Below, piece after piece: positions 28,393 to 37,760 of a stretch of 47,909 nt of DNA (position 1 is the first letter of the stretch; each line of letters starts with the position of its first letter). The stretch is from an uncultured Chloroflexia bacterium. GTDB taxonomy: Bacteria > Chloroflexota > Limnocylindria > Limnocylindrales > CSP1-4. The stretch spans positions 1 to 47,909 of the forward strand of contig CAVVYR010000011.1 in the NCBI GenBank assembly GCA_963752475.1. Direction: 5' to 3'. Below the pieces are notes generated by a model. The model was given only the letters and a program-made list of their open reading frames with translations. It was not told where the DNA came from and did not search any database. The translations under genes were made by a program, and so were the position numbers.

Positions 28393-29226
28393 ATGGGTAA
28401 GGCCAAGTGGTGGGTCTGTGAGAGCTGCACGAGCCTGAACGATCTGCCTGCCAACAAGTGCTACAACTGCCGGGTCGCCAAGCCGGGGAACGCGAAGCTC
28501 ATCGATGACCAGTACAGCCAAGTCGGTGGTGGCGAACAACGCGTCGGCATCACCGTCGACCTGTCGAAGGTCGGGGACCTGACCCGACCTGACCCCAAGG
28601 AAACCGCCGAGGGTGGCAGCTTCGTGCAGGCCTTCGAGCAAGGCGACGACGCCGAAGAGGGCGTGGCCACCGATATGCCTCAGACACCGCGGTACGACCC
28701 GTACGCCGGTGCCTTCGAGTCGACTCCATCGTCGCCCGCCGAGCCTCGGCCGATCCGCGAGCCGACGAGACGCGGCATCGACGCCATCGGTGGACGGCAT
28801 TGGACCGAGCCGGAGCCCACGCCGGCCGCTGAGGGGGAGCCCACGCCGGCCGCTGAGGGGGAGCCCGCGCCGGCCGCGGTCCCACCCCCACCGGGGTCGT
28901 CACCGCCGTGGCCGCCGCCCGGGGCTGCTCCACCGCCGCACGGCACCCAGCTACCTCCAGCGCCACCGCCCGGCGCTGCCCCTCCGCCGCCCCGCACCCA
29001 GCCACCTCCGGGCGTTCCACCTCGGCCGATGGTTCCTCCGCCGCCCCGCACCCAGCCTCCAGGCGCTCCGCCTCGGCCGATGGCTCCACCGCCACCCGGC
29101 CCACCTCGCCCGCCCGGCGCGCCGCTACCGCCACCGGGTTCGCAAGGTCGCCCGCCCATGCCTCCGCCCCCACCCGGAACCGCGCCACTTCCGCGACCAC
29201 CGCGGGAGGCGCCCAAGGACGAGTAG
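28393..29226 (+). CDS. RanBP2-type zinc finger protein with proline-rich tail
   Basis: WVCESCTSLNDLPANKCYNC fits W-x-C-x2-C-x3-N-x6-C-x2-C; polyproline C-terminus. Confidence 0.8.
   Translation: MGKAKWWVCESCTSLNDLPANKCYNCRVAKPGNAKLIDDQYSQVGGGEQRVGITVDLSKVGDLTRPDPKETAEGGSFVQAFEQGDDAEEGVATDMPQTPRYDPYAGAFESTPSSPAEPRPIREPTRRGIDAIGGRHWTEPEPTPAAEGEPTPAAEGEPAPAAVPPPPGSSPPWPPPGAAPPPHGTQLPPAPPPGAAPPPPRTQPPPGVPPRPMVPPPPRTQPPGAPPRPMAPPPPGPPRPPGAPLPPPGSQGRPPMPPPPPGTAPLPRPPREAPKDE
28813..28877 (+). repeat. 24-bp coding tandem repeat x2.7 (EPTPAAEG)
   Basis: GAGCCCACGCCGGCCGCTGAGGGG repeated. Confidence 0.9.
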
Positions 29227-29230
29227 GCCG

Positions 29231-29597
29231 ACACGAAGGGGCCCGGCCGGGTCGGCCGGGCGCTGCCGACCCCGTCGCTCGTGGACAGATGTCGCCGGAG
29301 CCGACCGCAGTCACACCCGTATTCACCGCCGGCGACTCTCAGCGGCTGCCGTCCACGGATCTCAAGCGTGCTGGGGCATAGCAGGTGTCGGGGTCGACCC
29401 GAAAGGGGCTCCGACATCGGCGGTGCGTCGGACTACCGTCGACTCCAGCGACGGATGTCTACCGGGTCCGCCCGCAACCATCACTTGCGTCGCCGGAGCC
29501 GACGCCGACTACGGATGCGCCGATCGCAGCGTCGACTGACCGTCCCCGCCCACCCGACAGAGCGATATCCCGGCACACGAAGGGGCCCGGCCGGGTC
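29231..29597. repeat. 23-bp direct repeats bracketing a structured intergenic region
   Basis: ACACGAAGGGGCCCGGCCGGGTC at 29231-29253 and 29575-29597; GTCGCCGGAGCCGAC at 29291 and 29489. Confidence 0.85.
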
Positions 29598-29728
29598 CGC
29601 CAGGGAAAGCCGACCGACCCAGCCCCGCTGTAGTCGTGCGTACGAACTCACACCCGAGAACTGGCACTTCGGGTCCCGATTCCGGTACCCTGCACTCCCT
29701 GAGTGAGGGGGAAGGAGAGGTCGCGGCC

Positions 29729-32700
29729 ATCGTCACATGCTCTAGTTGCTCTGCGGAGAACGCTACTGGCCGCCGCTTCTGTGATCAGTGTGGCGCCAGC
29801 CTCGCTGCTTCCTGCCCGGACTGCGGCGGCGAGAACCGTCCTGAAGCTCGCTTCTGCGGGGATTGCGGCCAGCCCCTGACGCCCGGTGCCACCGCGGCAT
29901 CCGCGACCACGCCCGCACCCGCGGCAGCAGCGTCGAGTCCGGCCACCGGTTCCGCCGCCGAACGCCGCCTCGTCTCCGTCCTCTTCGCCGATCTCGTCGC
30001 CTTCACCAGCTACTCCGAAGGCCGTGACCACGAAGCCGTGCGCGAGACGCTCACGCGCTATTTCGAGGCCACGCGCGAGGTCATCGAGCGCCACGGTGGT
30101 GTGGTCGAGAAGTTCATCGGCGATGCCGTGATGGCCGAATGGGGTGCTCCACGCACCAACGAGGACGACGCCGAACGAGCGGTGCGGGCAGCCCTGGAAG
30201 TGGTCGAGGCCGTACGTAATCTGGGTGAGGACCTGCACGCGCGCGTGGCCGTGCTGACCGGACAGGCGGCCGTCACCATCGGCGCTACCGACCAGGGCAT
30301 GGTCGCGGGCGATCTGGTCAACACCGCCGCCCGCCTGCAGGCCGCCGCTCCGCCGGATGCCGTCCTCGTCGGGCAGGCCACGATGCAGGCCGCGTCGAGC
30401 GCCATCGCCTTCGAGGAAGCGGGCGATCAGATACTCAAGGGCAAGACCGTGCCGGTCCCCGCCTGGCGTGCCCTGCGCGTGGTCGGTGACACCCGCGGCA
30501 AGGGTCGGACCGAGGGCCTGGAGCCACCGTTCGTCGGCCGTGAGCTGGAGCTGCGCCTGCTGAAGGACCTGCTCCACGCCACGGGCAAGGAGCGCCGACC
30601 ACGCCTCGTCTCGATCACCGGCCCCGGCGGAATCGGCAAGAGCCGCCTCGCGTGGGAGTTCGAGAAGTACGTCGACGGCCTCGTCGAGGGCATCTACTGG
30701 CACCGCGGTCGCTCGCCCAGCTATGGCGATGGCATCGCATTCTGGGCCCTGGGCGAGATGGTCCGTCGTCGCGCCAACCTCATCGAGAGCGACGATGAAG
30801 CCACCACCCGCGATGGTGTGCACCGCGTCGTCGAGGAGTTCATCGAGGCGGACGATCAGGCTTGGGTCGAAGGCGCACTGCTGACGCTGCTGGGCCTGGA
30901 GCCGCCGCCGCCCGGCGGCCGTGACGCGTTGTTCGCCGCCTGGCGCACGTTCTTCGAGCGCATGGCCAGCGATTCCACGACCGTGCTCATCTTCGAGGAT
31001 CTGCAGTGGGCCGATCCAGGCCAGCTCGACTTCATCGACCACCTCATGGAGTGGGCCAAGGGCGTGCCCTTGCTGGTGGTGACGCTGGCTCGACCGGATC
31101 TCCTCGAACGGCGGCCCGGCTGGGGTACCAGCGCGCGTTCCTTCAACGCCATCGGCCTGGAGCCGCTCACCGCCGAGCAGATGGGCGCGCTGTTGACTGG
31201 CCTCGTGCCCACGATGCCAGCGGACGCGGTCGAAGAGGTTCTCTCGCGCGCGGACGGCATCCCACTCTATGCCGTCGAGACCGTGCGCATGCTCGTCACC
31301 GACGGCCGCCTCGTGCCCGATGGCGAGACCACCTTCCGTCCATCCGGCGACCTCGGCGAGCTGACCATCCCTGATTCGCTGCGAGCGTTGGTCGCCTCGC
31401 GTCTCGACGGCCTCGATCCCGACGATCGAGCCCTGCTCCAGGATGCCACGGTGCTGGGCCAGACCTTCGACCATCGGTCGCTCGCGCACATCGCCGGACA
31501 GGACGAGGACGCGGTCGAGGGCCGGCTCAACGCGCTGATCAAGGGCGAGCTCCTGGAGATCTCGGTCGACCCGCGCTCGCCGGAACGCGGCCACTACGGC
31601 TTCGTGCAGTCGGTCATCCGGGAAGTCGCCTACGAAACGCTCTCGCGCCGTGATCGACGCTCGCGGCACCTGGCTGCTGCCCGCTACTACGAGGCCGAGG
31701 GTGACGAGGAGCTGGCAGCTGTCCTGGCCACCCACTACCTCGCGGCGCTCGAGACCTCCGACCCCGGGCCGGAGGCCGACGCCTTGCGGGTGCAGGCACG
31801 CCTGTCGCTTCGAGCAGCGGCCGACCGGGCCCTCGACCTGGGTTCGCCCGACCAGGCCACGACGCATCTCGAAGCCGCCTTGGGCGTGACCACCGAGCCT
31901 GCCGAACGGGCACCGCTGCTGCTGCGCGCGTCCGACGCGGCCACCGCCGCCGGTGCCGTGCCCAAGGCCGTCGAGTTCGCGCGCGAGTCGATGGCGGCGT
32001 ACCGCGCGGTGGGCGATACGGTCGCGGCACTCAGCGCTGCTGGCAATCTGTCCAGCCACCTGCTTGACATCGGTCAGCTGGACCAGGCGACCGAGCTGCT
32101 CGAAGCCGCGGTCGTCGAGGCTGAGCCATACCCGGAGGTCCAGGCCGACCTGCTGGCGCGCTCGGCTCGGGCCTATATGCGCCTGACTCGTGACGAGGAG
32201 GCGGTCGCCGCCGCCGACCGCGCCATCGTCCTCGCTGAGCCACTGATGCTCGACCGCATCGTGGCCGAGGCCATGGCCAACAAGGGCTCTGCTCTGATGA
32301 AGCTGGGGCGGCTGCGCGAACCACAGCTGCTGCTCACCGCCGCTGCCGACGTGGCCCATGCGGTGGGGGACCACGATCTCGAGCTGCGCGCTCGAGGCAA
32401 TCTCAGCGTGGCCCTCTTCATGCATGATCTGCCCGCGGCCGAGGAGCTGCGGCGACAGGGCGTCGAGCTGGCCACGCGGCTCGGCTCCTACAAGTGGAGG
32501 GACCTGTTCGCTGCGGCCAGCGTGAGCAGTGCTGACATCGCCGGCGTCGACTGGGACGGCGGCCTCGAGGCGCTCGAAGGGCTCCTCGCCGAGGACATCG
32601 AGGTCATCGCCCACGCCGAGCTGTTGGAGACCAAGGCAAGGCTTCTGATGGCACGTGGGGAGGATTCCAGCGAGACGCTGGCCCAGCTGCGAGCCATCGG

Positions 32701-33259
32701 CGATGGGATCGGTGATGGTGAGCTGCAGGCGTTATGCGCAGTGGTCGAGGCCGAGCAGCACTTCTATGAAGGTCGACTCCACGAGGCGCAGGCGATGCTG
32801 CGCGAGGTCACGCCGCAGCTGGGACAGAACGTCGCCCTCGGATGGATCGACCAGGTCGTCGTGGGTGCGGTCCTGCGGGACCTCGAGGCGGTGCGATCGG
32901 CCGAGGTGTCCCTGCGAGTGGACCCGCAATACAACAACGCCATGGCTGCCAGCAAGCAGTTGGCTGCCGCCTGTCTCGCCGCACTCGAGGGTCGCGAGGT
33001 CGATGCTGTGGCGGAGTACCGTGGCAGCGTCGAGCACTTCGAAGCGGCGGGCTGGCACTACTGGGTCGCGATCGCACGGGTGCTGGCGCTGACGCTGATG
33101 CCCCGGGAGCCGGCCTTCGACGGCTGGGAGGAGGTGGCTCGCGCCCGCCTCGAGACGCTCGGCGCCAAGCCAGCCCTGCGCCTGCTCGACGAGGCCGTGG
33201 CCCAGGCCTCTCTCGCACCCAGCCCGATCCCTGCCACCGAGGCGAGCCCATCCCGATGA
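29729..33259 (+). CDS. Double zinc ribbon-class III adenylate/guanylate cyclase-STAND AAA ATPase-TPR protein, copy 1 (start uncertain; alternative GTG at 29636)
   Basis: 4x CxxC; FADLVAFT, EKFIGDAVM, GDLVNTAARLQ; GPGGIGKS; FEDLQWAD; helical C-terminus. Confidence 0.92.
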   Translation: MVTCSSCSAENATGRRFCDQCGASLAASCPDCGGENRPEARFCGDCGQPLTPGATAASATTPAPAAAASSPATGSAAERRLVSVLFADLVAFTSYSEGRDHEAVRETLTRYFEATREVIERHGGVVEKFIGDAVMAEWGAPRTNEDDAERAVRAALEVVEAVRNLGEDLHARVAVLTGQAAVTIGATDQGMVAGDLVNTAARLQAAAPPDAVLVGQATMQAASSAIAFEEAGDQILKGKTVPVPAWRALRVVGDTRGKGRTEGLEPPFVGRELELRLLKDLLHATGKERRPRLVSITGPGGIGKSRLAWEFEKYVDGLVEGIYWHRGRSPSYGDGIAFWALGEMVRRRANLIESDDEATTRDGVHRVVEEFIEADDQAWVEGALLTLLGLEPPPPGGRDALFAAWRTFFERMASDSTTVLIFEDLQWADPGQLDFIDHLMEWAKGVPLLVVTLARPDLLERRPGWGTSARSFNAIGLEPLTAEQMGALLTGLVPTMPADAVEEVLSRADGIPLYAVETVRMLVTDGRLVPDGETTFRPSGDLGELTIPDSLRALVASRLDGLDPDDRALLQDATVLGQTFDHRSLAHIAGQDEDAVEGRLNALIKGELLEISVDPRSPERGHYGFVQSVIREVAYETLSRRDRRSRHLAAARYYEAEGDEELAAVLATHYLAALETSDPGPEADALRVQARLSLRAAADRALDLGSPDQATTHLEAALGVTTEPAERAPLLLRASDAATAAGAVPKAVEFARESMAAYRAVGDTVAALSAAGNLSSHLLDIGQLDQATELLEAAVVEAEPYPEVQADLLARSARAYMRLTRDEEAVAAADRAIVLAEPLMLDRIVAEAMANKGSALMKLGRLREPQLLLTAAADVAHAVGDHDLELRARGNLSVALFMHDLPAAEELRRQGVELATRLGSYKWRDLFAAASVSSADIAGVDWDGGLEALEGLLAEDIEVIAHAELLETKARLLMARGEDSSETLAQLRAIGDGIGDGELQALCAVVEAEQHFYEGRLHEAQAMLREVTPQLGQNVALGWIDQVVVGAVLRDLEAVRSAEVSLRVDPQYNNAMAASKQLAAACLAALEGREVDAVAEYRGSVEHFEAAGWHYWVAIARVLALTLMPREPAFDGWEEVARARLETLGAKPALRLLDEAVAQASLAPSPIPATEASPSR

Positions 33260-36200
33260 GCGTGCAGTGCGCCCGATGCGGCCGCGAGAATGCGGCCGAC
33301 GCTGCCTTCTGCGACAACTGCGGTGGGGCCCTCGAGTCGGGCTGCCCGAACTGCGGCTCCGAGAATCGACCAGGAGCCAAGTTCTGTCGCAGCTGCGGCA
33401 CCCGTCTGGGTGAAGCCGAAGCAGTCGCGGTGGCCGAGGCCTCGTCTGCAGCGAATACATCGGCCGACGCCAGGACCGCGGAACGACGGCTGGTGACGGT
33501 GCTCTTCGCCGACCTGGTGGCATTCACCGACTACAGCGAGGGTCGTGACCACGAGCTCGTGCGCGAAACGCTGACGCGCTACCACGAGGCCACGCGCCAT
33601 ACGATCGAGCACCACGGCGGGCTGGTGGAGAAGTTCATCGGCGACGCGGTCATGGCCGTCTGGGGCGCCCAGAAGGCCAACGAGGACGATCCCGAGCGTG
33701 CCGTTCGGGCTGCCCTCGAGGTCACCGAAGCCGTGCGCAACCTGGGCGAGGGTCTCGAGGCCCGCGTCGGTGTGCTCACCGGACAGGCTGCCGTGACCAT
33801 CGGTGCTACCGATGAGGGCATGGTCGCGGGCGACATGGTCAACACCGCCGCCCGCCTGCAGGGCGTCGCTCTTCCGTCGTCGGTGCTGGTAGGGGAGGCC
33901 ACGATGCATGCGGCCGCCGACGCTATCGCCTTCGAGACAGCCGGCGAGCACCAGCTCAAGGGCAAGTCCACGCCAGTGCCGGCATGGCGCGCGCTGCGCG
34001 TCGTGGGCGATCGCGGTGGCCGCAGCCGCAGCGAGAGCCTGGAGCCGCCGTTCGTCGGCCGCGAGGTCGAGCTGCGCCTGCTCAAGGACCTCTTGCACCA
34101 GATCGGCGAGGAGCAGCGACCGCGCCTGGTGTCGATCACCGGCCCCGCCGGCATCGGCAAGAGCCGGCTGGCGTGGGAGTTCGAGAAGTACCTCGACGGC
34201 CTTGTCGAGGACGTCTACTGGCACCGTGGGCGTGCCCCGAGCTACGGCGAAGGGGTGACCTTCTGGGCACTCGGAGAGATGGTTCGCAAGCGCGCCGGCC
34301 TGCTCGAGTCCGACGACGAGGACACCACCCGGCGCCGGATCCACGACACCGTCGAGCGATGGGTGCCGGACCAGAAGGACCGCGAGTGGGTGGAGCCGGC
34401 GCTGCTGACGCTGCTGGGCCTGGAGCCCGCGCCGGCCGGCGGACGAGACGTGCTCTTCGCCGCCTGGCGCATCTTCTTCGAGCGCATCGCCCGTCACGGC
34501 ACGACCGTGCTCCTCTTCGAGGATCTCCAATGGGCCGACGGCGGGCAGCTCGACTTCATCGACCACGTCATGGAATGGGCCAAGGGCGTGCCGCTGCTGG
34601 TGGTCACGTTGGCGCGGCCGGACCTGCTCGAGCGACGGCCGGGTTGGGGCACGGCCGCGCGTTCGTTCAACACCATCGGGCTGGAGCCCCTGACCGACGG
34701 CCACATGCGCGAGCTGCTCACGGGCCTCGTTCCCACGATGCCCGCCGAGGCCATCGAGCAGGTTCTTGCGCGCGCAGACGGCATCCCGCTCTACGCGGTC
34801 GAGACCGTGCGTATGTTGGTCTCCGACGGCCGGTTGACGGCCACCGACGAAGGCACCTTCAGTCCCGCCGGCGAGCTCGGCGAGTTGGCCATGCCCGACT
34901 CCCTGCGTTCGCTCATCGCCTCGCGCCTCGATGCTCTCGACGAGGCCGATCGCTCGCTGCTGCAGGACGCAGCCGTGCTGGGCAAGACCTTCTCAGCCGA
35001 CGCGCTGGCAGCCATCTACGGCCAGGAGTCATCCGAGATCGAGCCCCGCCTGCGGGCTCTGACCAAGCGTGAGCTGCTGGAGATCTCCGTCGATCCGGCC
35101 TCGCCCGAGCGCGGCCAGTACGGCTTCGTCCAGTCGGTCATCCGCGAGGTGGCGTACGACACGCTCTCCCGCCGCGACCGCCGCGCACGGCACCTGGCGG
35201 CCGCGCGCTACTTCGAGGCCCTCGATGAAGACGAGCTCGCAGGCGTGCTCGCGACCCACTACCTCGCGGCGCTGGAGGCCACTGATCACGGGCCCGACGC
35301 CGACGCGCTCCGTATCCAGGCTCGCCTCGCGCTCAGTGGTGCGGCCGAACGGGCCTCGTCCCTGGGGGCGTGGGACCAGGCCCTCGAGCAGCTGCGGCAG
35401 GCTCTTGACATCACCGAGGACGCGGCCGAACGCGCCAACCTGCTCGAACGCGCGGCCGATGCAGCCGACCTCGCGGCCCGCTACGTGGAAGCCGAGGTCC
35501 TGGGCTTCGACGCCATCGAGGCCTATCGCTCGGTGCCAGACCCGAGTGGCGTGGCCAGGGTCTCCGCCCTGATGGGCGGCATCCTCGTCGACAGCGGCAA
35601 GCTGACCGAGGTGGTGTCGTTCCTGGAGGCCGCCATCGCCGCCGCCGATCGCCCCGAGGACGATGAGCACCGAGCGGACATGCTGGCGCGGCTGTCGCGT
35701 GCGCACATGCGGCTGACCGAGGAGACCGCGGCCATCGAGCGAGCGAACCAGGCCCTCGACATCGCCGAGCCGCGCCGGCTCAAGCGCATCATCGCCGAGT
35801 CCTTCGTCAACAAGAGCGCCTCGCTCAACGCCCTCGGACGCTTGCGAGAGTCGGTGGTCCTGATGCAGGCGGCCGTCGAGCTGGCCCACGAGATCGGGGA
35901 TCTCGCCCTCGAGCTACGCGCACGCAACAACCTGGCCATGGTCCAGGCTTCTGAAGACTGGGATCGGGCCCTGGCCGGTGCCCGCGAGTCGTATGACCTG
36001 GCCAACCGGCTGGGCGTCCAACAGATGTCGACATGGCTTTCGGGCGCCATCGGCATCGGCGCCATCGGAGAGGGCCTCGACTGGGACGGATCCCTGCAGC
36101 GGATCGACGACCAGCTGGAGGTTTCGCCATCGGACGTCGATCGGGCCAGGCTGATCGGTGTGCGCGAGGACATCATGGCCTGGCGCGGCGAGAGCGATCC

Positions 36201-36831
36201 CGAGTTGACGGCCGAGCGTTTGCGTCTGGGGGCCTCGATGAGCGATCCGGACATGGACGCCTGGAACTTCCACATCCCCGCGAACCTGGCTCTCGCCTGC
36301 GGCCGGTTCGACGAGGCCATCAGCACCTTCCGCAAGTTGGCCACGATCAACTACCAAGCCGTCACCGAGGCACGCCAGGGGTTGACTCTGGCTGCGCAGT
36401 TGGCCGGTCATGCAGCGGCCGCGCGCGAGGCGCGAGATGCGATGGCGAGGGATAGCTCCGCGGGTCACTACGCTGACGCCGTGCGCGCGCTGACCGCTGC
36501 CGGCGTGGCCTCGTTCGACGGTGATGACGACCAGGCGCTGCATCACTACCGCACCGCCATCGAGGAGTTCGTGGCCTGCGCTGCGAGGTTCAACGCCGCG
36601 CTCGCCAAGCTCGCCGCGCTCGCCCGGCTACCTGACGAGCCCGCCATCGACGGCTGGGCCGACGAGGCCCGCGAGCGCTTCGAGATCGTGAAGTCGCCGG
36701 CGTTGCTTGAGCGGCTCGAGGAGGTCGTCTACGCTCGCGACCATGGGGGAGCCAATGGCATGGCTGGCAGCGAGCGAGGAGCCGTGGACGCGGTATCGGA
36801 CGCTGTTGGACCTGGAGGCGCGAGCGCCTGA
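33256..36831 (+). CDS. Double zinc ribbon-cyclase-STAND ATPase-TPR protein, copy 2
   Basis: ATGA overlap with copy 1; same motifs (GDMVNTAARLQ, GPAGIGKS, FEDLQWAD). Confidence 0.92.
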   Translation: MSVQCARCGRENAADAAFCDNCGGALESGCPNCGSENRPGAKFCRSCGTRLGEAEAVAVAEASSAANTSADARTAERRLVTVLFADLVAFTDYSEGRDHELVRETLTRYHEATRHTIEHHGGLVEKFIGDAVMAVWGAQKANEDDPERAVRAALEVTEAVRNLGEGLEARVGVLTGQAAVTIGATDEGMVAGDMVNTAARLQGVALPSSVLVGEATMHAAADAIAFETAGEHQLKGKSTPVPAWRALRVVGDRGGRSRSESLEPPFVGREVELRLLKDLLHQIGEEQRPRLVSITGPAGIGKSRLAWEFEKYLDGLVEDVYWHRGRAPSYGEGVTFWALGEMVRKRAGLLESDDEDTTRRRIHDTVERWVPDQKDREWVEPALLTLLGLEPAPAGGRDVLFAAWRIFFERIARHGTTVLLFEDLQWADGGQLDFIDHVMEWAKGVPLLVVTLARPDLLERRPGWGTAARSFNTIGLEPLTDGHMRELLTGLVPTMPAEAIEQVLARADGIPLYAVETVRMLVSDGRLTATDEGTFSPAGELGELAMPDSLRSLIASRLDALDEADRSLLQDAAVLGKTFSADALAAIYGQESSEIEPRLRALTKRELLEISVDPASPERGQYGFVQSVIREVAYDTLSRRDRRARHLAAARYFEALDEDELAGVLATHYLAALEATDHGPDADALRIQARLALSGAAERASSLGAWDQALEQLRQALDITEDAAERANLLERAADAADLAARYVEAEVLGFDAIEAYRSVPDPSGVARVSALMGGILVDSGKLTEVVSFLEAAIAAADRPEDDEHRADMLARLSRAHMRLTEETAAIERANQALDIAEPRRLKRIIAESFVNKSASLNALGRLRESVVLMQAAVELAHEIGDLALELRARNNLAMVQASEDWDRALAGARESYDLANRLGVQQMSTWLSGAIGIGAIGEGLDWDGSLQRIDDQLEVSPSDVDRARLIGVREDIMAWRGESDPELTAERLRLGASMSDPDMDAWNFHIPANLALACGRFDEAISTFRKLATINYQAVTEARQGLTLAAQLAGHAAAAREARDAMARDSSAGHYADAVRALTAAGVASFDGDDDQALHHYRTAIEEFVACAARFNAALAKLAALARLPDEPAIDGWADEARERFEIVKSPALLERLEEVVYARDHGGANGMAGSERGAVDAVSDAVGPGGASA

Positions 36832-37717
36832 CGACGCCGAGGTCCGTGCGGCACGGGCCGAGATGGTCGCGGCTGAGCCGGTCCGAGCACTCGCCGATCG
36901 TGCTGCGACGTGGCCGGGCCATCCGCTCAGGCGGCACAACGACGCGGCGCACCCGCTCTACGCCATCTCGACGCTGGCCGACTTCGGGCTGACGCGTGAG
37001 GACCCCGGGATCGCCGGCGTCGCCGAGGCGGTGCTGGCCCACTTCGACGGCGAAGGCTTCGAGTCGCTTCTGTGGCTGCCACGCTTCCTGACCAAGGAGG
37101 CCGACGACGGCGAGCGCTGGACCTGGATGCTGTGTGACGCACCCACGTTGCTCTATGCGCTGCTGTCGTTCGGCTACGCCGATGACGAGCGGGTCGAGGC
37201 CGCCGTGAGCTCGCTGGTGAAGCGGGTCGAGGGCAATGGCTGGCGCTGTGGAGCGGCCTCGTCGGTCCCCAGTTTCGGTGGGCCCGGCCGGATCGGCGAT
37301 ACCTGCCCCATGGCCACGGTCTACGCGCTCAAGGCCCTGTCCGTGACCGCGCTCGCGGCCGACGAGGACGTGGTCGGCCCCGGCGTCGAGGCGCTGCTCG
37401 ACCACTGGCAGCACCAGCGCGACTACAAGCTGCGCATGTTCGGCATCGGCACCGACTTCCGCAAGCTGCGCTACCCCTTCGTCTGGTACGACGTCCTCCA
37501 CGTGGCCGAAGTTCTCAGCCGCTTCCGGGCGGCCACCGCCGACCAGCGCTTTGCGGAGATCGTCGAGGCCATCGCCAGCCAGGCTGACGCAGACGGGCGG
37601 TTCAACGCCGGTGCGATGTTCCGCGCCTGGAAGGACTGGTCCTTCGCTGACAAGAAGCGGCCCTCACCGTGGCTCACCTTCCTCGTCCGCCGGATCGAGG
37701 CGCGCGCCGCGGCCTGA
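36743..37717 (+). CDS. Hypothetical protein, alpha/alpha-toroid (prenyltransferase-repeat-like)
   Basis: WL...EPW.RY..L.DL, GWRC, CP.AT...LKAL, F.KLRYPFVWYDVLHV, Q..DGRF, PSPWLT. Confidence 0.75.
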   Translation: MGEPMAWLAASEEPWTRYRTLLDLEARAPDDAEVRAARAEMVAAEPVRALADRAATWPGHPLRRHNDAAHPLYAISTLADFGLTREDPGIAGVAEAVLAHFDGEGFESLLWLPRFLTKEADDGERWTWMLCDAPTLLYALLSFGYADDERVEAAVSSLVKRVEGNGWRCGAASSVPSFGGPGRIGDTCPMATVYALKALSVTALAADEDVVGPGVEALLDHWQHQRDYKLRMFGIGTDFRKLRYPFVWYDVLHVAEVLSRFRAATADQRFAEIVEAIASQADADGRFNAGAMFRAWKDWSFADKKRPSPWLTFLVRRIEARAAA

Positions 37718-37760
37718 CGCCTGCGTGAATCCGCGCGCGCCGGTACGCTCTCCGGGCTAC

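Noticed and set aside
29227-29700. tRNA, known riboswitch or group II intron
   Set aside because: No cloverleaf, known aptamer consensus or domain V motif recognisable by eye
32842-33255. N-terminal extension of cyclase 2 in the ORF track
   Set aside because: Overlaps copy 1; the true start fits the ATGA at 33256
29648-34704. Long minus-strand ORFs (988 and 548 aa)
   Set aside because: Antisense shadows of the cyclase genes
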